A program made the translations under genes and the position numbers. This document shows, piece by piece, positions 41,093 to 54,030 of a stretch of 64,000 nt of DNA. The first letter of the stretch is position 1. Each line of letters starts with the position of its first letter. Below the pieces are notes generated by a model. It did not search any database. It had not been told where the DNA came from and saw nothing but the letters and a program-made list of their open reading frames with translations. The DNA is taken from NCBI GenBank assembly GCA_039621445.1, contig CP154954.1:38239703-38303702 (forward strand). The letters run 5' to 3'. The stretch comes from Euglena gracilis (taxonomy: Eukaryota).

Positions 41093-41353
41093 AGAAAGTT
41101 CGGTCCACCAGTTGGTAAGAGTATTGGTTCTCGGGAAGGCAGAACTCCTCGAAAAACAATTCCACTTGAACTCGTAGTAGTAAAACTCTTTCTCCTTGAG
41201 GTCGAAGGGCAGAAATAGGAATCAGCCAACTCCGGCAACAAAAAGCAGTAAGAAGCACCCCCCGCGCACGCACAAACACACCAGAACAGAACAGCCGGCA
41301 AGGAAAGCAGGACCTCACCATCTCGCAGTGCGGAGCCCGAATGGTCTAATTTT

Positions 41354-42100
41354 AAACGAGCTCCAAGTTTTCTTAGGCACCCAACCTCTGATAGTGTGAG
41401 CAAAAGGCTCCCACACTTTTCCGCTGACCAATTTCACACACCAACGCTGAACTTAAGCCCAATTTTTTCATCATGTTGCCTCCTGCCCTGCTTTTTCAAT
41501 GGGGCCCCAAGTACAAGAAGCAATTCCATATTCTTCTACGGCATTCTTTTGTCAAAGATGCCATGGTGTCTGCCTTGACACCTCTGAAGGGGGGTTGGAG
41601 AGTCAAAAACAAAAGGTGGAGGGGGAGATTTGGGGGATTTCCTGCAAAGAAAGCATTCGCCCCCATTTTGCAATTTTTTGTCCCCTTCGCCCAATTTTTT
41701 CATGTGGTGTTGAGCAAAGTAAACGTGCACATCTTTTCATTTCTGACAAATCGGAAGATTTGAGAAACATTAAAAGGCGACAAAAAACAATGACTTGTAA
41801 ACGTAAGAGTGACAGGTTGTTTCGCAGTGACTCAAATGAAATTGAGGCCAGATGCCTCAGCAGAGGCCAGGGAACGCAGAAAGCACCATTTTTCTGAATG
41901 TTTTTGTCCACGCTTTTTTGTACGGATCCAAAAAGGGGTGAAATCTCAACCCCTGGCAACAGTAGCACTCCTGAGTAAGCATTTATGGCCTGTGTGTGGG
42001 ATATTTTGAATAATTGCACAATACCACCAGAAATATCATCAGATGATGCCTGGTGGGGGGACAACCGCCAGCAGGAGGATGTTCCTGAGTTGCGTGAAGC
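41354..42100 (-). pseudogene. Decayed DIRS tyrosine recombinase
   Basis: QAINAYSGVLLLPG, GAFCVP, LRLQVIVFCRLL..KSSDL and HYQRLG, interrupted by stops and frameshifts. Confidence 0.8.
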
Positions 42101-42119
42101 CACTCACTCTGATATCTTT

Positions 42120-42560
42120 TGTGTGTTTTTGCAGAAATGGTGGAAGGCACTTAGACAGCAGCGCCAGAAAAACAATTCCTTCACAAAAATGCAAAAAGAG
42201 CTCCTGGTTGCCACAAACGCAGTCAGATCCCTGGCAAAAAGAAAAAAACGACAGAGTTTGCCTGTGACTCTCCAGAAACATCTTTTCGCCTCCCCAGGAA
42301 CCAAAAAAGCAGCAGATTTTGTGTCCAGGAGGCCCCATTGGGAGGCAAAGGCAACAGATGGCCTGCAGTGTCCACTGGAAATCCTGGAGGGGGGCGCTAT
42401 GCCAACCCTCCCTGGTCCATCATTCAAAATTTTTTTTGCCAGGCTGCAGCCTTTTCCCACAACCAAAGTTTTGATGGTGGTCCCCTTTTTGGGCTTCAGC
42501 ATCATGGTGGCCCCTATTCAAAAGGCTGAAGGCCCCTCACTGTGTCAAGGTAAACCCTTA
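42120..42560 (+). pseudogene. Decayed DIRS RNase H / methyltransferase fragment, opposite in orientation to the adjacent YR
   Basis: KELLVATNAVRSLAK, LFASPGTKK...RPHWEA and YANPPWSIIQ in shifting frames. Confidence 0.8.
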
Positions 42561-42562
42561 CG

Positions 42563-42607
<45 letters not shown>

Positions 42608-42978
42608 CCCGCCTCCCCCCCAAATCCCCTTATTTCTGCATTTAGGTAGGTTTTTGGCCGGAAATTTCAGAGACATGAAAGCAACTGTTTTTCTTATTAT
42701 TTATCATTGTATGTGACACATTTGGACAATTTTCGATGTCCCAATTTGGAAAAATGTGCCAAGAAACTTTTATTGAAAGCAAATGAGAAAAAGGCCAAAA
42801 AATTGGACCATTTGTTAGATGCACAAAGAAAAGTGGGGGAGGTTCAGTTGCCAAAACGGTCATTCATTCAGTCATGAACTTCTGCACTTCTGGGGGGGAT
42901 TTTCACATTCAAAAATGGCAATTAAAATGTCTCAAACTTAATGGTAATTAAAACTTTCTCAATTAAAAAAGCTCATAC

Positions 42979-43095
42979 TCGGCACAGCGGGACCAAATCA
43001 TTCTTGGCGATGCATGCGGTTCCGCGGTCTTTTTTCTGGAACACCCGCACGATGTTCTCCAGCATCTCCCGCGTCAGGCAAACATTCTCCAAGTC
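42979..43095 (-). CDS. Isolated candidate exon, EF-hand-like peptide
   Basis: CAG | 117 nt | GTATGAG, encoding DLENVCLTREMLENIVRVFQKKDRGTACIAKNDLVPLCR. Coding-like, CpG-containing sequence among repeats. Confidence 0.45.
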
Positions 43096-43751
43096 CTGAA
43101 CCCACAGTCGGAATAAGAACAAAATGTGCCACAAACAAGAGAAACTGAGATGGTCAAAATCCACATAATAAAAGAAACATGCAAAAAAAGTTTTAGTTCC
43201 TTCACCTGGTCAACCTCCCGACATACAGACCAAAAACCAGTCAGCGCTCTGAAAACGGGGGGGGGTGCAGTGACTAAGTCATAGGGATGCCAAAGATGAC
43301 AAATTGCAGTTTCTTAAAAAATATGGGTGAGCAAACCATGAGTGGCAATATATGTCAGGGTTCTGACGGACTTGAGGGGTTCCAGCTGAATGAGTGTGAG
43401 TCACTGGTTATTAAATTGGGTAGGTGGTTACCAGGCCATTGCTTGAGGACCTGCAGGGTACACTGGCCAGCCATTTTGTTAGATGCTGGAAATAATGGAC
43501 TAGCTGGACCCCCCCCCCCCCAGGGGTCTGCGGGTCCCCCCCAACTTAAAAAAAAAAATCTTCTGGCGGTTCGTGCTGAGGTGGAAATGAGGTGTTTAAT
43601 GCTTATTAGCTGATTCTATTCCAAAAAAAATCCAAAAAATGGGCTTTTTGGGCCTTTGGGGGGGTTCTTTCAGCGCTTCAAAAACGGTGAAAAAACTTTC
43701 CCACTAATCAGCCCTGCTAGCGGACCCCACCCCCAAGGGGTCCACAAGAAT

Positions 43752-44110
43752 CAGGGTTCGATATAAGGACAGGTGGGGGGGGGTGGTCCAGACCCCCCTG
43801 CGGGCCAGGAGGGGGGGGGGTGGGGGGGACACCCCCCCCCACCTAAACAGGTGCGCGGTCAGGGTGGCCGAATTTTCGGCCCGGCGCGAAGCGCAGGGCC
43901 GAAAATTTTTGACCCCCCAAAACGACCAAAAGTGCCATTTTGGGCACTTTTTGGGCAAAAATGTGCCAAAAATGCAAAAAATTTTCGGCGCAAAGCGCCG
44001 GAGGAAAAAATTGACCCTTTTTGGGGGGGTCAATTTTTGCCCCCGAGGGTCGGTCCGGACCCCCCTTGCAGGTGGGGGGGGGGGTGGTCCGGACCCCCCC
44101 CTGCGGGCCA

Positions 44111-44142
<32 letters not shown>

Positions 44143-44187
44143 ACCCCCCCACCTAAACCATGTCCGCCCTCCTTATATCGAACCCTG
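43752..44187. mobile_element. hAT-like MITE
   Basis: TIR CAGGGTTCGATATAAGGA / TCCTTATATCGAACCCTG with perfect 8-bp TSD ACAAGAAT. Confidence 0.92.
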
Positions 44188-47179
44188 ACAAGAATTCCCA
44201 TAAACCAAATTTGGGATGGCAGCAATCCGACCCCCCCCCCCAGGAGCTGGTGGTTACTCATATTCAAAAGAAATCCTATACAATGAATGTGCCCCTTCGG
44301 CTGGTTCATTGGATCCAAAATGCAAAACAAACCCAGGGGGATGCCTAAAAAGCGGTGCGGCACTGCTGGGGCACCGCTTGACGCCGCTTGGCGACAAACT
44401 GCTGCAACTTCAGCTGCAAGAGGGTTCTCCTCACTGAAGCTGTCACAGGGTCAATCACATTCGTTGGCAGTCAAACTGGCCAGCGAGCATTGGTGTGCCA
44501 CTTCAGAAGGAGGATGGCTGGGGGAATCCCAAATGCAATGTGTAAAGTCTGGCAAGAAAGTCCTTGGAACTCTTCTGTACGAAAGAGCGCAACCAAAAGT
44601 GGGGACTTAAAGTTGACTGCACTTTGCAGTTTTAGTTATTGGCACCGGTCTGTTTGGCCTTGGGCTTGTATTATTGGGAACCCTTTGGGGTGGGGTAGCA
44701 TGGTGTATAAATTTTTATTTATTAGGGTTTTTAAAACCCCTCCCTCCCAATGACCTTGAACATCGACTGGGAAACTGTTGTGGAGAGGTCTTTCTTCCTC
44801 GTTTGTGGCTTTTGAAAAACTAGCCAGGTGAGGGTCGCTCTAACAAACGGCAATTCAACAGAAAGCTGAAGAATATCCCACATCTCTACACGTAAAATGT
44901 GCAGATGTCTCGGAACTTCCCAATTGCAAAGTCATTAGTCGGATAACTCAAAAATGGATGGGAAAACATGTTGCATTGGGGACAATCAAAATTTTGTTGA
45001 ATTAATTTTTCCCTGAATATCAACTGCAGAGCATCTTCTTTGGAGGAGTTTAATCGCTTGGGAAGCCTGCCGAGAAACAGGGTGGTCGTTAATAATAATA
45101 ATAAAAAAATCCCCAAAAATGATAAAAAAAAACAAGCAACGTACAGCAAAAACCCCAAAAATGCAGGCAAATCTGCATCCTCCGCCATGCTCACCTGCAG
45201 GGCTGCACAGGAAGGCCTGGTGTGAGGGGGTGGTCGACCCCCTCCACCCCTCCACCCGGGAGGTGGGGGGTTGACGCCCCCACCACAAAATTCCTTCGGC
45301 ACCGTTGGCACCGAAAGGAAAGTCTGACCCAAAAATTGGCGCCGGAAATACGGGAAGGCATGGTGGGGGGTCCCCCCACCCACCAGGATGCACCCATCAC
45401 AATAGGGTTGCGGGGATTCCCGCAAAGCCCTGACCACCAGAGGTAGGGTTTCGGCATTAAAAAAATGTGTTGTGAAAAAAAGATGTTTTCTCTTCTGCCA
45501 TGACAACATCCAATGCAAAAAGAGCATCCCTCCAAGGAAAAGAAATACGGGTGGCAATGCAACGGAGGTGCGTGGTAATGATCTGAAAAAAGCATCAAGC
45601 TTTTTTTAAAGGGCCAATCAAATTTTTGCAACCATGTTCGCACAAAACCGCCCATACAGGATGCATAATGACCACCTCCCTGGTTGGAAAAATCAGTCAA
45701 CTAATTGAGCACCTGCCGAACACACTGTGGAGGGAGAGTTGCTCAATTCACCATCAATGAAAAATGCTGGGAAAAAACAGCTGAGGAACATTTGCACGCG
45801 CCATCATCAACAGCCAGTTTGGCAGCCAACAGACTTTCCTTGGGGTGCGTTGCTCCTTCGGCCTGAAAAGGAACAAAATGAATCGCAGCAAAATGTGAAG
45901 TCCCGGTACACTCTGAACAGATCTCACCCAACGCTGGCCTCGGATGATCACATTTGTAACTGAATTCCCCAAAATCATATTTCACCAAAATATATTCGTC
46001 CTGTCAACTTTGGCCTCGTTCCCACTTTAATCTCGAACATCCTTGAGAACCATCGCCCACATGTCCAGGCCAGAAGTTGGAAAGGGCAACCCCCAACTGA
46101 TATCCCCCGGTGATATGTTTGGACAACCCAACCCCGGGGGCGATTGGGGGAAATTTGAAAGGAAAATTGGTTGCCAAAAATTTCGGTGGTGTGCGTTCGA
46201 TAGTCTTGGCACTGCTTACACACTTTTCAAGAAGATCAAGCAATGGACGTTGCTTCTGGGTGGGGGCCACACGACCAGTGGGCCCCGGCTCCGGCTTTAG
46301 AGAACTCCTGTGTGTTCCCAGTTGTTGCACTGCTGTCTCCCATTGCTTTCTCAATGGGATGGGCAAACTGGCAAGGAGGTGGTCCTCCACCAGCATCCCA
46401 TGGACCCCCCAACGTTAAGACACCCCTGGGTCGATCGAGCAAAAATCCAGAAATAAGACCCGGGTCCAAGCACCTATAGTTGACCCCCAGATTTTCGCCA
46501 TTTCGGCCATTTTCGGCCATTTTCGGCCATTTTTTCTTATAGATGGGGGTAAAGCTGCCTTAAAATTCTTTCATACCAACAATACATTTTGATCATTCAG
46601 TCAACATGAAAGCAGTCGTGGCAAGCTAACGCATCCAAGGAGGTCCGTTTGGAATGGGTGCTCAGGGATTAAAGAGGTCAAAGAGTTTTTTGTTGCAATA
46701 TGCAAATGCAAGGTTTGGGAATAAGCTTCTTTTTTCCTGCCAGAGAGGCTCTTGTCCACTTTGGGGTTTTTGGGACGCATCATGAGAGTGTGGGTGGCAA
46801 CACCAAAAATGGTGTTTTTCTCTTCAAGCCTCTTGGCATGGATGTTTTTCACAAACAACTTCCCCTCACCTATTCCAATTTGATACCCCAAGCAACATTG
46901 TTTGAGGGTGGCACTGTTATATCCCATCCACTTGTGTGCAATAAACCCAATGCAGGAATCACACCTTTAAGAGAGAAAAAACACTTCACACACTTTGCCT
47001 AATTGCACCTTGTCACCACAATTTTCTGAAATGTCATCAAAACCATCGGCTTTGGCCCAAATAACCCATTTGGAGGTGGTTCGTTGAGCAGCATGTGCAA
47101 GCAAAGAAAAGCAAACAAAAACAAACAAACATATGATTGGTCCATAATATTCAAATATTGACATCAAATGTGCTCACCA

Positions 47180-47535
47180 AATGTCTGCACCTTGTTCAAC
47201 ATCGCATCTCGCCCAGCATCTACACCTTGTCCAATATCTACATCCGTTGCATCAACAATCACCGCATCTTGTCTGGTGTGTGCATCTTATCCAATACCTG
47301 CACCTTGTCAAGATCTTAATCTTGTCCAGTATCTGCATACACTGCATCTTCTCCAGCATCTGCATCTTGTCCAGCATCTGCATCTTGTACAACATCTGCA
47401 TCTTCTCCAGTGTCGACATCTTGTCCAGTGTCTGCATCTTGAACAACGTCTGCATCTTGTCCAATGTCTGCATCTTGTCCAGCACCTGCATCTTGTCCAG
47501 TATCTGCATCTGCATCTTTTCCAGTCTGCATCTTA
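47180..47535. repeat. 18-bp minisatellite (TCTGCATCTTGTCCAGCA-like)
   Basis: Diverged tandem units, read directly. Confidence 0.9.
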
Positions 47536-50500
47536 TGCATGATATTTTGGGCTCTATAGGTGGGGGTCCCGAAAATGGCCGAAAATGGCCGAAAATGGCC
47601 GAAAATGAGAAAAAAATTGTTGCAATTTTTTTCCAGTTTTTTTTTGCCTTACAGTTTCTTTTTCCCTGAGGGGCAATTTTCAGTGCGACTGATTCTTGTC
47701 TCTGCGCAGCCTCTCTTCTTTTGTTATTATGCCTGGCCCTGCAACGCATGCTGCTCAAAGAACCACCTCCGAAAAGGTTATTTGGGCCAAAGCTGATATT
47801 TCGATGGCATTTCAAAAAAAAAATTGGTGACAAGGGCGATGCTGGCAATTTTTTTTTAATAATTTGAAGAATTAAACCCATTTTTGGAATAATTTCTCCA
47901 AAAATTTCTCCACAAATTTCCAATAATACTCCCATGTTGACCATTTTGGATCAACTTTTGCTAATTTTGGGGATACTTTGCACTGATTTGGCAAATATTG
48001 GGCTAATTTGGGCCAGTATGAGCACATTTAATGGCATTTTGCGCCATTTTGGTGATTTTGGTTATCTTTCACAATTTTGTGGACATTGTTGGCGTTTTTG
48101 GGCAAGTTTAGGTTATTGAAGCAATTTTAGGTCATTTTGATTGCTTTTTGGGGACTTTTGCGGTCAATTTTAGGTTTTTGTGGTCATTTTTTGGGGTTTC
48201 TGTGGTCATTTTGCTGGGTTGGGAGCCAGTGGATGCAGTGGTTACAGATACAAACCAAATTTGGACTAGCTGCGGTCCACCCCCCAGGGGGAAAACGCAA
48301 GATGAAAAAAACCTCACACAAAAAAAAAGCAAATTGCAAATAAAATTTTTGGACTCCCGGGAACTTTTGGAGCTCCCCCGGGATGTGCAATTTTCCACTG
48401 GAGAGAACTTCCTTCCACTGGTGAGGAAATTCATTTTCATCCTTCATCATTTTCTAGCCCCACCCCCCCACCACCCCCAGTGTGGGAAACTGAACTGGTT
48501 TGGCGGAAAAAACACACAAACACAAAACACCCGAAAAAAAAAGGCACTTCTAAAAACATCTTTGCAACCGTAACTCATTGTCACCATGTGTGATCTGCCG
48601 TTTCCAGTTTTTCCATCAAAAAGACTGACAATTGAACAAAGCCGAAAATCAAAATTGAAGCCCACCTGTCTCGCAAGGTTGTGGAACTTCACAAACAGGG
48701 GTGTAGCTGTGGGAGGTGTAGTACTCTGTGATGAATCAAGCAGCCTGACCACAGCCCAATCAGAACGCAGGCATAAGCACCCCACCAGTGGCATGGAATT
48801 GGCTGGGGGAGAGGAAAAAAATAACCGCACATGAATAAAATGAGGCGTTTGTTGGCTAAAATCAATCTATGCAGGGGTGTCGGCTCCCACACAACAAATT
48901 ATCCAAGACCTGACAAAACCCACAGGCTTGTGCTTACCGACCGTGGGGGGGGTGCTATAAGGTTTAGCAGGCATAGGGGAAGGCCTTTTTCCGACTGTCG
49001 GAGGGGGGTTTGCTATGGGCAGGCACCCCCCAAAACCCGACCCCCTCCTGGCTCCCCGGCAGCCCCCCACCAACCCACTGTCGAGATCCCTCCAAGGAGG
49101 GTGGATGGGAACCTATGTCCCCAACTCTGGGGGAAAACTCATTTGCCAACTCCGCACCAGGTGGTTCCATTGGCCTGGAGAGGAGAGCAGTTTGGGCTGG
49201 CCAGCCTTCTCACCTGAACGCCCAATGTGGGAAACAAAAATGCAACCAACAAGCACTGGTGTCACAGTTTTCTCAGCTTCATTTTCAGCTTCACGCTTCC
49301 ATGTTTAATTCCACAACCAAGAGTGGAACAGGCTTGGCCACCTCTGGCAGGATTTCAGAAACCAACCGGAAAGGTGGACCCAGTGGAAGGTGGACCTACC
49401 TCTCCCCCCCCCCAAGCCCAATGGACACTAAGGTGACAATCTAGACGGTCCGAAAGGGGGGTGTTCATTGGGCTTGGGGTACGGTTTCTGTGCAGATAAG
49501 GTATATGGTGACAATCCCGACGGCCCGAACACCCCCTGTTCATTGGACAAGGGCATTCATTGGGCAGGGGGGGGGGGGAGGTAGCCAAAATCAATTTCTC
49601 TGTGCAGATGAAGGATCAAAAACCATGTGTTTCCAATGACTAAATTTTCATTGTCCCATGCCAGCGTTGCTGGGGCTCTTCTCGCTTCAGAGAAATCGGT
49701 TCATCAAACATCAGAGACTGCAGTTTGAACAAAGTCATCATTCGCACAATCACTAAAGCAGTCACAAACAATTGAGCCTCAGAAAGCATTAATGCCTTCA
49801 GTCACATCAGGTCAGCAAGCCAGGTGTCTCATCCAAGGCCCACCCGAAAGCTGAAAGGGCAGAAACAGCACCACTCGGGAGCAGCCTTCAAACACGGTTC
49901 CAGGGCCTCTGGCAGCCAATACTTCTCACCAAAGAGCAGGGCCACGCCGCACCCATCACCAAAACCTATCTGAATCAGCGATTTATGACAAACAGGGAAT
50001 CATTTTCGAAAGCGGTTTCTGATGGCGAGCAGGGAAAAAAGGTGCTGGCTGGACGCCCCATCCCGCAAAGGTGCTCTGGGGCTGGGTCCCCAAAAATGCC
50101 CAATAAGACCAAAACCAGATGGGTTGACATTTTTCAGAGGTGAAGAACCAAACCTCCCTAACAACGCCTCTTTCCAAAATTTTCTGTGCCGGCCAAATTT
50201 TTTCCGCCTTCGCTGGGCTGGCCCAAACTTTATTTCTGCGGACCCCTGGCAGGGGTGTAGAAAGTGGAGGAGAAAAAAATGCTTCCCCTGCTCCGGACTG
50301 CCTCCAAAGTGGCGTGTTCCGCATGACCCGCCCTCCTTATATCAAACCCTGTGACCTGCACCACACCCAAAAACTTACCTTCGGTCACAAATTCGGCAAG
50401 CCCCCCTGAACCATTTGTCACTGTGTGATGTTTACAAGGAGGATCTCTGGGCGTTGAGCCTGGATGACATCCTGGATGAGTTCATAAAATGAAACAACTT

Positions 50501-52331
50501 GCAGGTGTCCACTTTCGCTTTGGAAAAATGATTTGTCTGAGTGACATGCTTTGCCCACAGAATGCTCTGATATCATTGGAAAACACACAGCACCAGAAAA
50601 AATTTTTTGGTCTCCCCACCTGGGAAAAAATGTTCCCACACGTATGATCCCTGGGTCCACGGCTGGGAGGTGCTGGCTGGAACTCCCCCCGGGAGGTAGG
50701 GCCACGGGCTTGAAAACCCCTGATCTGAATCATGCTTGTGTGTACCGACCGGGGGGGAGGTGGGTGGGTGGGTGCTATAGGGTGCCTGCCCCTAGCAGGC
50801 ACACCCCCGGGGGGGTAGGGGTCGGGGGGACCCAGAAAAATTTTATTGAAAATGGCCTTTTCCGGGCCCCCAGCGCCTTCGGCACCGTGGACTGAGTGCG
50901 GTGCCTGCTATGGGCCTGAACCGCCCAAAAACCCCCCCCACCCCCCGGGGGTCGGACCGGGTGCTATGGGGTGCCTGCCCCTAGCAGCCCCCCCCCCCCC
51001 GTGGGGTAGCCACCCAACTGAGCACAAGCCTGATCTGAATACAGCTTGAAAGCCTGGTTGGCAACCAGCCTCTTTGCAAGACCCCCCGGGGGGTCCCTCT
51101 CTCTTCTCCCCCCACCCACCCTGCCCGGCGCGGTACCCCGAGGGAGGGGACGCCCCCAAAAATCAAGCCTGTGAAAAGTGGTCGAACATCCAAAAATTGC
51201 CCAAAAATGACCCCCTTTGGGGGCCCGAGGTTCGCATATGGGAATAGCCTGGGGGGGACCTAGGTCCCCCCCCCCCGAGCTGTCCCCCTCGCTGTTCCTA
51301 TTGGCCGTAAAGGGTTATGGGACCGGAATAGCTCGGGAGGGGGGAGGGCATGGTATTTTATTATTGAACGCTTTTTTTGGTCAAAAATTTGTCAAAAACG
51401 CAAAAACACTTACCTTCCCCCCTCAATCTTGTCCCATACCCCGGCTAATGGCCCCGAGCAAGAAATTGGTGATGGACGTCGCTAGCGACCATGGTCACTG
51501 GACCGTCGCCAGCGACCATTGGTGGTCGTAGCGATCAGTCGCCCTAACCACCAATTTTAAGCGCACCCCCCTCTGAAAACGTTGTCAAGCCCTCCAAAAA
51601 ACATTTCATTCAAACATGAAGGAAAATGACTCGAAATCCACCCAAATGCCTACAAAAACCCCCACCCGGCAAGAAAAAATCGGGTAATATCTTCTTTTTT
51701 TGTGCCAGTTCTGTTCAAGTCGTATTTCGGCCTGTGCCCAGGAACTTTCCTCGGAAAACAGCCAATTTTCCTTGAAAATAGGCCTTTTCTGAGCCCTGTG
51801 GCGCATTCGGCACCGGAGTGCCTGCTGGGCACTTTTGGCTGAGTGCCCGGGTCGGATTTTTGTACCTTGGGGTGCCTGCCCAGGCACCCCCCCCAGGTGG
51901 GCTCGGCGCCGACTAAAATACAGTGCTCGGCCAAAAGTGGCCAAAAATGAGAGGAATTTGGCCAAATCCTCACATTCTTTCCTTTCAGCCATTTGTGGCT
52001 GACCCCACCAGAGGGCAAGCAAAAAAACCAGTCATCAGTCAGGGTCGAGTTGGACACACCTTGAGCAACGGTGTGCCCCCCCCTTGGCTTCCCTTGGCAA
52101 CCCCCCCCCATTTGAATGGAAGCCACTCAACCCAAAATAACAGCTTGGTTGTCCCAAGATGACCTTCGGACGGCTTCGAATGAATCACTTCGGTTCAAAA
52201 AAAGAACGCCAGTCACTTTGTGAAACTAGCAGTCAACCCAAGCATCGGCCAAAAACGATACTGTTTTCAGCAGCATTTTCTTCAAAAACAGAAATATGTG
52301 TCCTGAAACCGCAATCCTGACTGTGGCGCAC

Positions 52332-52810
52332 CTTGGTGTAAATTCCTTCTCCGACGCGTCCGAAAAGAGCCACGGAAGAACCACCGGGACCATAACCAGC
52401 GATACACTCAAACAGCAGCTTAGCCTCTCCAGTTGATGCAGAACCAACATGCTTCTCGAAAAGGTCGAGAAGTCCGAACAGGATGAGGATGGCCAGAGAG
52501 CACAAGGCGAAACCCATGACACCACCAGCCCTGAAGGCGACGTTGAACGAGTCAGTCCAACCCTGAACAAAAGGAGATGGATGTCATCAGAGCAGGGAAA
52601 GCAACCTTCGGGCCGTTCTGTGTAGCGTTGATAGTTGTACGAGCATTGGTAGGTGGCAACTTGCATGCCCACCCAGCCAGACAAAATCGAAGTGAAACCA
52701 CCAACGTTGCTGTCAAAGCACCACCCCACTCAAACTTTGCTCGAGTCTTCGCCGTGAGGACAAGCACCAAGCCAGAGAAGATGACAATGAAAATGGAGCA
52801 CAACGTGTAC
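52332..52810 (-). pseudogene. Decayed fragment of a vacuolar H+-translocating pyrophosphatase gene (two exons)
   Basis: Exons 52810-52606 and 52562-52332 with a 43-nt GT-AG intron. Motifs VGGFTSILSGWVGMQVATY, NARTT, FNVAFRAGGVMGF and AGYG(P)GGSSVALFGRVG(E)GIYTK. Two frameshifts plus substitutions in conserved motifs. Confidence 0.88.
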
Positions 52811-52917
52811 CTGCACGAAACGGAACAATAATTTCCAATGTCCCATATCGGACATCGAGTTTCCCATATCGGCCATATGTATATAAATATAGATAGATAG
52901 ATAGATAGATAGATATA

Positions 52918-53985
52918 TAACGTGACCCCCCTATATGTCACCCACCCCTAATTGTCGCCCCCCCCCCTTGGGGGCGACAAGTAGGGGTGGGGTACCCATG
53001 GACCCATGGACATGTAGGGTGAATTGAGTAACCCCACCCCTAATTGTCACCCACCCCTAATTGTCGCCGGGGGGGTCAAAACGCTCCCTGGGGGGTGCCA
53101 TATAGGGGGGGGGTCACGTTATGTCATGTTATGTTAGGGGGGGTCAAGTCATGGCGTTGTGCCTGCGCCATACATCCCCCACACAGAAAAGTGGGAAGAG
53201 GGCAGGAGGCAAGGTTGACGGCTTGTTTTTTTTTGAAACAAAAAAAACATGTTTTTTTCAAAAAAAATATGTTTTTTTCAAAAAAAACAAAAAAAAACGT
53301 CATCGAGGGTTTGGGGGAAAATTTTTTGCAATTTTTTTTTGAAAAAAACTTGGCCGGTGATGCCTAATTTGACAAAATATTGAGGTAGATTCCTAATTTT
53401 GAGGCATGAATTTTGCAAAATTTAGACTGGTGATGCCTAATTTGGTGTCAAAATACTAATTTTAGGTTGGGGGATTCCTAATTTGGAGCCAAAAAGGATT
53501 TCCCCCCAAAATTCGTTTTCGGTGATTCCTAATTTGCCCACCGAAAATGTGGTGTTCCCCCGTGACCCCCCCGTGACCCCCCCCCCCGTGACCTGAACCA
53601 CACCCGAAAAATTTTCCTCAAAAAATGGCGGTTTCGCAAGGAAAAAGGTCAATTTTTGCTTTTTCAAAAAAAACATGTTTTTTTTGCATTTTTTTTTTAA
53701 AAAAAAAAAAAAAAAAAAAAACCCTGGCAAGGAGGCAAGAGCAGCACTGGGGCGCAAGGGTGCAGACCCACCCACGGGAACCACACCAACCACACAAGGT
53801 GAGTGTATGTCCCTACAGCACTGGAATTACACCAGAGTTACTCACCCGGCCAGGGGGAGCAACAAAAGAGGACTGGTGTAAGGGGTCCCTGGCCACTCAC
53901 CACGCAGCAAACTGGGCCAGAAGCGAAGTTAGCGCCGGCCATTAACAAACAAGAAGCCTTAGTGCAACTAAGGGGGGTCACGTTA
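52918..53985. mobile_element. TIR element in a TA/TAGA microsatellite
   Basis: TAACGTGACCCCCCT / AGGGGGGTCACGTTA, with an extra right end at 53103-53120. Confidence 0.7.
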
Positions 53986-54030
53986 CACATATGTATGTGT
54001 ATATATATGTATATGTATATGTATATATAT

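Larger units (their letters stand above)
36705..41346 (-). mobile_element. DIRS-type retrotransposon, family B, apparently complete
   Basis: ITRs at 36761-36860 and 41225-41323. ICR at 37079-37180 spells the joined ends. Both long ORFs are open. Flanked by TAATTTT at 36698-36704 and 41347-41353. Confidence 0.95.

Noticed and set aside
47180-47535. CRISPR-like array
   Set aside because: Contiguous tandem units without unique spacers, no cas genes, eukaryotic context.
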